This document shows, piece after piece, positions 7,893-12,724 of a DNA stretch of 12,724 bases; position 1 is the stretch's first letter; every line of letters begins with the position of its first letter. The position numbers were made by a program, and so were the translations under genes. A model generated the notes under the pieces. That model was not told the origin of the DNA. It made no database searches and was given only the letters and a program-made list of their open reading frames with translations. This DNA is from an archaeon (lineage in GTDB: Archaea; Iainarchaeota; Iainarchaeia; Iainarchaeales; CSSED10-239), in the NCBI GenBank assembly GCA_035387745.1, contig DAOOON010000015.1, positions 1 to 12,724 on the forward strand, read 5' to 3'.

Positions 7893-8393
7893 ATGATGAC
7901 AGTCTTAAAAAGGCTTTTTAGAAAGAAGACAAGCGCAGGCGAAGTTGAAATTGATGAAACAATAGTAAAAGAAACAAATCAGTTATCAAGTACTGCAGTA
8001 ATAAAAAGGTGCGATTTCAGATCAAAAGATATTAATTGGTTAGAAGGGCACATTCAAGCAGTAGACGATGTTGTTAATAAAAACAGCCTTGGTGCAAAAA
8101 CAAAGAATCATTTCGAAATAGATGGTAGAAGATATTTCAAAGACGATACCACTAGAGTATTGTTTAATAGATTATATGAAAATTATACAGCATACTATTA
8201 TACTTTAACAGAATACCTTTCGTTAAGAAAAGAATTATTAAAGTATAATGGTTTAGGCTCTGAAAGTTTTTTTGTTGCAGGCCAGATAAAAGACACAGAA
8301 GAGCAAATGGTGGCAATAGAAAAAAAGCTAAATATCTATCTTGATAATATAACAAAAATAAAGCAAAGAATAAGACAATATGTTGGATTATAA
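7893..8393 (+). CDS. Hypothetical protein (orphan, soluble, predicted helical C-terminal half)
   Basis: 166 aa ORF starting ATGATG, with GGTGA at 7882-7886 lying 6 nt upstream. No recognisable motif. It is flanked by the two largest plus-strand intergenic gaps, so it probably has its own promoter. Confidence 0.5.
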   Translation: MMTVLKRLFRKKTSAGEVEIDETIVKETNQLSSTAVIKRCDFRSKDINWLEGHIQAVDDVVNKNSLGAKTKNHFEIDGRRYFKDDTTRVLFNRLYENYTAYYYTLTEYLSLRKELLKYNGLGSESFFVAGQIKDTEEQMVAIEKKLNIYLDNITKIKQRIRQYVGL

Positions 8394-8477
8394 ATTCAAC
8401 ATTTTCCTTTCTATTTTTTTAATAATAATATTTAAAAACTCTTTTATTATTAAATATATTAGAAGGTTGTAAAAGAA

Positions 8478-9479
8478 ATGGAAACGTTTTTTCAAGTTGT
8501 AATCCTATTTATTTTAGTGGTTCTTTCTGCATTTTTTTCTGCAGCAGAAACTGCATTAATGTCTATACATTTTGTTAGAGTTAAGTCTCTTTTTAAGAAA
8601 GGTAAAGCTGGTTCAAAAACTCTTTATAATCTTAAAAAAGATCCTCACAAGCTTATAGTTACAATACTTATTGGAAATAACATAGTTAATATTTCTGCAT
8701 CAGCCATTGCAACCAGTTTATTTCTAAGTCTTTTCGGTTCAGAAGGCGTAGCAATTGCTGCTGGAGTTATGACTCTTATAATTTTAACTTTTGGGGAGAT
8801 TCTTCCAAAGACTTTTGCAATACAGAATGCAGAGAAGATATCTTTACTTGTTGCTGTTCCAATTCATTATCTGTCTATTCTATTCTATCCATTGATTATT
8901 TTTTATTCATCAATTACTAAATTAGTAAGTAGATGGGTAAGACCAAAAGTTGAAAAGAAAATCTCAGAAGAAGAATTAAAGATAATTTTAACATTAAGTA
9001 GAGAAGAAGGGATACTTAGTAGAGGCGCAGCAAAGATTATGCATAAGGTTCTAGACTTTGAAGACACGCCAGTAATAAAAGTAATGACTCCAAAAGAGCA
9101 GATGAAAACCATTGATGGAGATTTAAAGATTGATGAAGCAATAGATGTAATTTCAAGATATGGGCATTCAAGATATCCAGTTTATTTCGAAGATGAAGAT
9201 AACATAATTGGTATTGTAGATGTTGATGATGTTTTAAGAGCAATAAAGGAAAAGAAAAGCAAAGAATTGATAAAAGATATTATTAGACCAATAGAGTTTG
9301 TTTCTCCTGAAAAAGAAATCGGAGATATTTTCTATGATTTTGAAGACAAATCTGTTTTAATGGCAATTGTTGTTGATAAGTCTGGCGAAGTAATAGGTTT
9401 ATTAACAATTGAAGATATTCTTGAAGAAATTGTTGGTAATATCTTTGACAAAAGCAATAGAAAAAAAAGAAGAAACTAA
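8478..9479 (+). CDS. CNNM/CorB-type DUF21 plus CBS-pair membrane protein (putative Mg2+/Co2+ efflux, hemolysin-like family), lacking the CorC_HlyC domain
   Basis: 333 aa. The N-terminal 4-TM DUF21 has the GEILPKT motif. A CBS pair follows (VMTPKEQM...GHSRYPVY...DNIIGIVDVDDVL; ...GLLTIEDILEEIVGNIFD). The protein ends in the basic tail KSNRKKRRN directly after the CBS pair. Confidence 0.85.
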   Translation: METFFQVVILFILVVLSAFFSAAETALMSIHFVRVKSLFKKGKAGSKTLYNLKKDPHKLIVTILIGNNIVNISASAIATSLFLSLFGSEGVAIAAGVMTLIILTFGEILPKTFAIQNAEKISLLVAVPIHYLSILFYPLIIFYSSITKLVSRWVRPKVEKKISEEELKIILTLSREEGILSRGAAKIMHKVLDFEDTPVIKVMTPKEQMKTIDGDLKIDEAIDVISRYGHSRYPVYFEDEDNIIGIVDVDDVLRAIKEKKSKELIKDIIRPIEFVSPEKEIGDIFYDFEDKSVLMAIVVDKSGEVIGLLTIEDILEEIVGNIFDKSNRKKRRN

Positions 9480-9946
9480 TTAAACCATGCTGGTTTCTTT
9501 CTTTTTGTCCATTTAGCAAAATGTGCTTTTTCGTTTTTATAGAATTCTCTGTATGCTTTGACTGCATCTTTTTGTTTATATTCTTCAGGAATTGCTTGTG
9601 CAAATTCAGTTAATCCAATAGACAACAAACTTTTTGGTGGTGTTTCAAGTATCTTTTTTATTTCTGTGGTTTTGTGGTGTTTACAATATCTATATTCATA
9701 TTCTTTAATCAGTTCAGAAAGATGCTCTAAAAGCCAAAGATAGTTTTCTTTAGATTTTCCTGCCCAGATAACACAAGGATGTTTCTCGTGTGTCTTCTTA
9801 TAAACTAGATGTTTATGTGGGGAATCATAAAGATGATGAACTGTTGAAAGAATTTGTGCGGATTCAACAATCATCTTAACAACATGTTTATCGCAAAGCA
9901 TTCTTGCTGCTTTGTTAGGATTTTTATCAATAACAAATATTTGCAT
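9476..9946 (-). CDS. Conserved-looking hypothetical protein; possible distant T4 endonuclease V (Pyr_excise)-like fold, very tentative
   Basis: 156 aa. The N-terminal MLCDKHVVKMIVESAQIL has a D-x-H-x6-E spacing like LADQHLMAEYRE of T4 endoV as I remember it. The C-terminal KRKKPAWF resembles QRPTWY. Internal HPCVIWAGKSKENYLWLLEHLSELIKEYEYRYCKHHK looks like a family I recall from phage, giant-virus and bacterial genomes. The ATG lies 3 nt after the upstream gene's stop. Confidence 0.65.
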   Translation of the reverse strand: MQIFVIDKNPNKAARMLCDKHVVKMIVESAQILSTVHHLYDSPHKHLVYKKTHEKHPCVIWAGKSKENYLWLLEHLSELIKEYEYRYCKHHKTTEIKKILETPPKSLLSIGLTEFAQAIPEEYKQKDAVKAYREFYKNEKAHFAKWTKRKKPAWFN

Positions 9947-9949
9947 AAT

Positions 9950-10189
9950 TTAGACCATGTCTCTTGCCATGCCTTTAACGGATCTTAAACACTTTTTGTG
10001 CCAGTATTGCCCGCCCCATTTCTTGTCGCAGCCCTTCTGGCTACACACAGCACAAGTTTGATCAGGGTATTTAGAATTAGCGATATCAATTTGTGCAGCA
10101 GGTTTTGCTTTTAACTTTTGCAGTTCTGCTTCTTTTGCTTTTTCTTCTTCTGTTTTTTCTTTTTTCTTAAATGCGTCAAATATTCCCAT
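9950..10189 (-). CDS. Small Cys/His-rich (putative zinc-binding) protein with a charged helical N-terminus
   Basis: The ORF track starts at a TTG (10204). I prefer the ATG at 10187-10189 (MGIFDAFKKK..., 79 aa) because GGAG (10198-10201 on the minus strand) lies 8 nt upstream. The C-terminus CAVCSQKGCDKKWGGQYWHKKC gives a CxxC...HxxC ligand pattern. Positions 9951-10070 are 47.5% GC by hand count. Confidence 0.55.
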   Translation of the reverse strand: MGIFDAFKKKEKTEEEKAKEAELQKLKAKPAAQIDIANSKYPDQTCAVCSQKGCDKKWGGQYWHKKCLRSVKGMARDMV

Positions 10190-10214
10190 AGTATTTTCTC
10201 CCAAATCACAATAA

Positions 10215-10287
10215 TAGCCCGGAGGAGATTTGAACTCCTGTCACAAGATCCAGAGTCTTGTATGCTTGGCCACTACACTACCAGGCT
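10215..10287 (-). tRNA. tRNA-Gln, anticodon CUG, 73 nt, no intron, CCA not encoded
   Basis: Minus-strand sequence: AGCCTGG TA GTGT AGTGGCCAA GCAT A CAAGA CTCTGGA TCTTG TGAC AGGAG TTCAAAT CTCCT CCGGGCT A. It folds as a cloverleaf with a 7-bp acceptor stem (A1-U72, one U5-G68 wobble) and a 4-bp D stem with G18G19 in the loop. The anticodon stem is 5 bp with loop C-U-CUG-G-A, and the T stem is 5 bp with a TTCAAAT loop. The discriminator is A. Confidence 0.9.
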
Positions 10288-10316
10288 TTAATAATATAAT
10301 TAGATATAAAACAAGT

Positions 10317-10913
10317 TTAAAACTTTGTCTTTTTTATAATTTCATAAACTTCTTTCCAATCTCTTGCTTTTTTTATAGATTTAGGAAACTTTCCTTTTGA
10401 CCAAGCATAGTTGTCTTTATAATCAAGAATAATTGCTTTTACTCCGTGATTATAACAATCCAAAGCATAATCAATTCTATCATCAACAATTAAAGAGATT
10501 CCAAGTTCTTTACAAATCTCTCCTTTTGTTTTCTTGAAGTCTCCTTCTTTTCTATATTGCCCAAATATTATTTTTTTAAACATTTTTGGGAAATGATGAG
10601 AAATCCAATCTCTTGTGTGCTTTTTAACATTTTTGGTTCTTGCAGTCACAAGATATAATTCAAATTCTTTTGCAAGTTTTTTAATTGCTAAAACAGAACC
10701 AGGCATTGGCTTAAATTCAGAAATATCTTGCTTGTTTATTGTTTTTCTTATATATCTATAAAGTGCCATTTCGTCTTCAAAAGAAAAATCCTTAATAGAA
10801 TGATACCCTCTAAAAGCCGGAAAGCTCTTTTCTTTAAGCATTTCTTTTATCAAAAGATCCACAGTAGGAACAAGAGTGTCATCTAAGTCTATAGCAATTT
10901 TTATTTTTTTCAT
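10317..10913 (-). CDS. HAD-superfamily hydrolase (nucleotidase/phosphatase-like; 5'(3')-deoxyribonucleotidase-like architecture possible)
   Basis: 198 aa. HAD motif I is IAIDLDDTLVPT (DxDxT), motif II is LVTART, and a downstream Lys plus LIVDDR acidic motif is present. GTGA at 10923-10926 (minus strand) lies 9 nt upstream of the ATG and overlaps the trpS TGA stop. Confidence 0.75.
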   Translation of the reverse strand: MKKIKIAIDLDDTLVPTVDLLIKEMLKEKSFPAFRGYHSIKDFSFEDEMALYRYIRKTINKQDISEFKPMPGSVLAIKKLAKEFELYLVTARTKNVKKHTRDWISHHFPKMFKKIIFGQYRKEGDFKKTKGEICKELGISLIVDDRIDYALDCYNHGVKAIILDYKDNYAWSKGKFPKSIKKARDWKEVYEIIKKTKF

Positions 10914-10922
10914 GTATGGATT

Positions 10923-12059
10923 TCACTGCCACATAATTTTTGCAAGTTTTCCAGAGTATTTATATTTATCAAGAAGTGGAGAGTTCTTAATCTTTGCATC
11001 TTGATGTTTCTGTAAAGTGCTTGAGATTTTCTCTGCCAAGTATTTCTTGCATTCTCCGCAAAGAATCTTTCCAGACTTACAGTCTTTTTTTCTTTGTTCG
11101 AGCTTTTCGTCGCAGTCTTCAAATAAGATTTCTAACCAAGAATAAACAACACAAACATCAGTGTTGCCGCCTTTTTTTCTTTGCTCTTCAAGGGTTGGTT
11201 GTCCACCTGAGAAAGCATATTTGTTTATTTTTTTTTCAATAGTCTTTAAATCATCATTTAAAAAGATTGCAGTCTCTTCAACAGAACTTGACATCTTTCC
11301 GTCTATTCCTTGTAAAGGTGGCAAAAGCTTATTGTGCACAGCCACTACTTTCTTGTAACCGAGCTTTTCTGCATTATCTCTTTGTATTCTCCAGTAAGGA
11401 TCTTGATCTATTCCTGCAGGAATCAAGCAATGTTTCTTTTCAAAGGTTGTTGGAACAACTTGAATAGCAGGATAGAAGAATTGTCCAAGGTTATTGTCAT
11501 TATTAAATCCAAACACTGCTTTAGCTGTTGAAAAGGTTGTTCTTTTTGCAAACTGCAAAGCCACAGGATAAAGTTTTTGGATATACTCCATATCAGAGAA
11601 GAAAAAAGTCTTGTCGGTATTAAAGCCAACTGCTGAGATATCTAAAAAATTGTCTTTCTTGTTTTTTTCCATTTCTTCAATTGTTAACTTATCCTTAAAT
11701 ACGAACTTTTCATCATCTGCCATAGCAATATAAACATTACAATCAAATTCGTCTTGAAACCATTTAGAGATAATAAATGGAATAAGGTGTCCAATATGCA
11801 TCTTTCCTGATGGCCCTCTACCAGTATAGATAAAAAAGTTTTGCTTGTCTATGTCTTCTAATATCTTATCAAAGTCTCTATGTGAATAGATAAATCCTCT
11901 TCTAAAGAAAGGATGTAGTTTCTTGGATTTGGTTTTTAACCTTAATTTTTCAAGCATTTGTTTATTTAGCTCGTTTGTTCCAAACTGTTTAATCAATTTC
12001 TGATAATCAACTGCTCCTTCAATTTCCCAAGGCGTTACTTTGAATTCTTTTTCTGACAT
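10923..12059 (-). CDS. trpS: Tryptophanyl-tRNA synthetase, archaeal/eukaryotic type
   Basis: 378 aa. TGRGPSGKMHIGHLIPF (HIGH), KMSSS (KMSKS variant), PAIQ and GIDQDPYWR are characteristic of archaeal/eukaryotic-type TrpRS. GTGA lies 7 nt upstream of the ATG. The stop codon is TGA. Confidence 0.92.
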   Translation of the reverse strand: MSEKEFKVTPWEIEGAVDYQKLIKQFGTNELNKQMLEKLRLKTKSKKLHPFFRRGFIYSHRDFDKILEDIDKQNFFIYTGRGPSGKMHIGHLIPFIISKWFQDEFDCNVYIAMADDEKFVFKDKLTIEEMEKNKKDNFLDISAVGFNTDKTFFFSDMEYIQKLYPVALQFAKRTTFSTAKAVFGFNNDNNLGQFFYPAIQVVPTTFEKKHCLIPAGIDQDPYWRIQRDNAEKLGYKKVVAVHNKLLPPLQGIDGKMSSSVEETAIFLNDDLKTIEKKINKYAFSGGQPTLEEQRKKGGNTDVCVVYSWLEILFEDCDEKLEQRKKDCKSGKILCGECKKYLAEKISSTLQKHQDAKIKNSPLLDKYKYSGKLAKIMWQ

Positions 12060-12114
12060 GATTTATTCACTTTAAGTATAAATATTATATTATAACTAAT
12101 AATAGAAACATATT

Positions 12115-12145
12115 AAAAACTATATCTGGGCTACTTGCAAAGCCC
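12115..12145 (-). terminator. Possible terminator: short hairpin over the stop codon followed by a T5 run (minus-strand sense)
   Basis: On the minus strand GGGCT-TTGCAAGT-AGCCC (12145-12128) forms a 5-bp stem with an 8-nt loop. AGATATAG and then TTTTT (12119-12115) follow. The stem is short and the background is AT-rich. Confidence 0.25.
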
Positions 12146-12724
12146 ATAATGCTTAAGAGTGTTATATATCTTATTTGTGCTCTTAAGATAGTTTTCTTTA
12201 CTAAATTCTTTTGTGTCTTTAAAAAGAAGATGTAGCTTGTTTGCTATTTCTCTAAGCATAAAGATTCCTTTAGAAAACACAAAGAAAAAGAAAACATCTT
12301 TTGGGACTTCTTCAAGTTTATTGTTTTTACCTAAGATATATCCTTTTTGAGAACCAGAGTACATCAAAAAAAGATTATTAATTTTGGGTAGCGCACTTAT
12401 ATAATGTGAATTATGATTTTTTTTAGAATCTATATAATCAATAAGCATTTCTTTTTCTAAAAGTGATATAAAATTATAAAATATTTTTTCTATATTATCT
12501 TTCTTTGTTTCTGGGTGTAGTCTATTAAGATAATAAATAATTTCTTCTTTTGTAAAAAATCCGTCAAGGAAATGTACAATATCAATATAAAACTCAAGAT
12601 ATTTTTTTTCAGTTTTAAAAAGAAAAGAAATTATTTGCTCAAATGTTGTTTTGTCTTTTATTTTAGGTGTTTCTTTTAGTCTTTCTTTAAGTTCTTCTTT
12701 CTTTTCAAGAGCACAAAGTAAAGA
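12131..12724 (-). CDS. Hypothetical protein, 5'-partial (reading frame stays open to the window edge)
   Basis: The ORF track lists 12131-12448 from an internal Met. I translated the same frame codon by codon from 12449 to 12724 and found no stop (...SLLCALEKKEELKERLKETPKIKDKTTFEQIISFLFKTEKKYLEFYIDIVHFLDGFFTKEEIIYYLNRLHPETKKDNIEKIFYNFISLLEKE-MLIDY...). No GGTG-like motif precedes the 12448 ATG, unlike nearly every other gene here. The true start is therefore probably outside the window. I recognise no family. Confidence 0.5.
   Translation of the reverse strand, partial: SLLCALEKKEELKERLKETPKIKDKTTFEQIISFLFKTEKKYLEFYIDIVHFLDGFFTKEEIIYYLNRLHPETKKDNIEKIFYNFISLLEKEMLIDYIDSKKNHNSHYISALPKINNLFLMYSGSQKGYILGKNNKLEEVPKDVFFFFVFSKGIFMLREIANKLHLLFKDTKEFSKENYLKSTNKIYNTLKHYGLCK

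Noticed and set aside
9951-10070. GC-rich stretch considered as a hidden structured RNA (second tRNA or other ncRNA).
   Set aside because: There is no T-loop or anticodon-arm signature on either strand. The only hairpin is GCCAG...CTGGC with a 32-nt loop. The GC excess is explained by Cys/Gly/Trp/Ala/Pro codons of the small ORF.
10190-10204. TTG start for the small Cys/His protein as given in the ORF track (MGENTMG...).
   Set aside because: That start would lie only 10 nt from the tRNA 3' end. The ATG at 10187-10189 has a GGAG motif 8 nt upstream, so I moved the start, although the TTG cannot be excluded.
9476-10287. Integrated mobile element at the tRNA-Gln 3' end, bounded by att repeats.
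   Set aside because: No integrase or recombinase ORF is present. The best repeat of the tRNA 3' segment I found is an 8-nt match (ggagattt at 9117-9124, inside the CNNM gene), which is expected by chance. I kept it only as a remnant hypothesis in the findings.
10288-10316. TTTATAT in the HAD-tRNA spacer as the tRNA promoter TATA box.
   Set aside because: It is centred about 20 nt from tRNA position 1, so a canonical -26/-27 spacing would put the transcription start inside the mature tRNA. I did not annotate it as a promoter.
10923-10925. Possible alternative genetic code (TGA recoding) in a small-genome lineage.
   Set aside because: TGA terminates trpS exactly at the expected C-terminus, Trp is encoded by TGG throughout, and all the other genes end in TAA or TAG at family-typical lengths. 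The standard code fits.
10910-11629. Cluster of short ORFs overlapping trpS on both strands (10910-11122, 10994-11242, 11161-11358, 11267-11467, 11334-11531, 11423-11629), plus 9558-9743 opposite the 156-aa gene.
   Set aside because: They overlap a confidently identified TrpRS (or the 156-aa gene) in alternative or antisense frames. Their translations are compositionally odd and lack motifs.

Overview
AT-rich (about 30% GC from hand counts on sampled lines), very tightly packed window that looks archaeal, because GatD and GatE are the archaea-specific Glu-tRNA(Gln) amidotransferase. The compact, Shine-Dalgarno-led organisation suggests a small streamlined genome, possibly DPANN-like, but that is only an inference. 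There are two convergent gene strings. The plus string (178-9479) runs gatD, an AlbA_2/Schlafen-like HATPase_c_4 HTH protein, gatE, a basic-tailed membrane protein, metG, a HIT-family protein, an orphan 166-aa protein, and a CNNM/CorB-type DUF21-CBS transporter. The minus string (12059-9476) runs trpS, a HAD hydrolase, tRNA-Gln(CUG), a small Cys/His protein, and a 156-aa protein with faint T4 endonuclease V-like motifs. Partial genes enter at both window edges. I saw no CRISPR array, rRNA, transposase or integrase. The points most worth a second look are the Schlafen/AlbA_2-type gene inserted with 16- and 10-nt gaps between gatD and gatE, and a tRNA-Gln with an A1-U72 pair embedded in a protein-coding string and followed by a two-gene cassette with a local GC spike. 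Further points are a perfect 12-bp x3 in-frame repeat, a 4-nt convergent overlap at a CNNM gene that lacks the CorC domain, and several orphan proteins. All functional calls rest on motifs read by eye in the supplied translations; no database search was possible.
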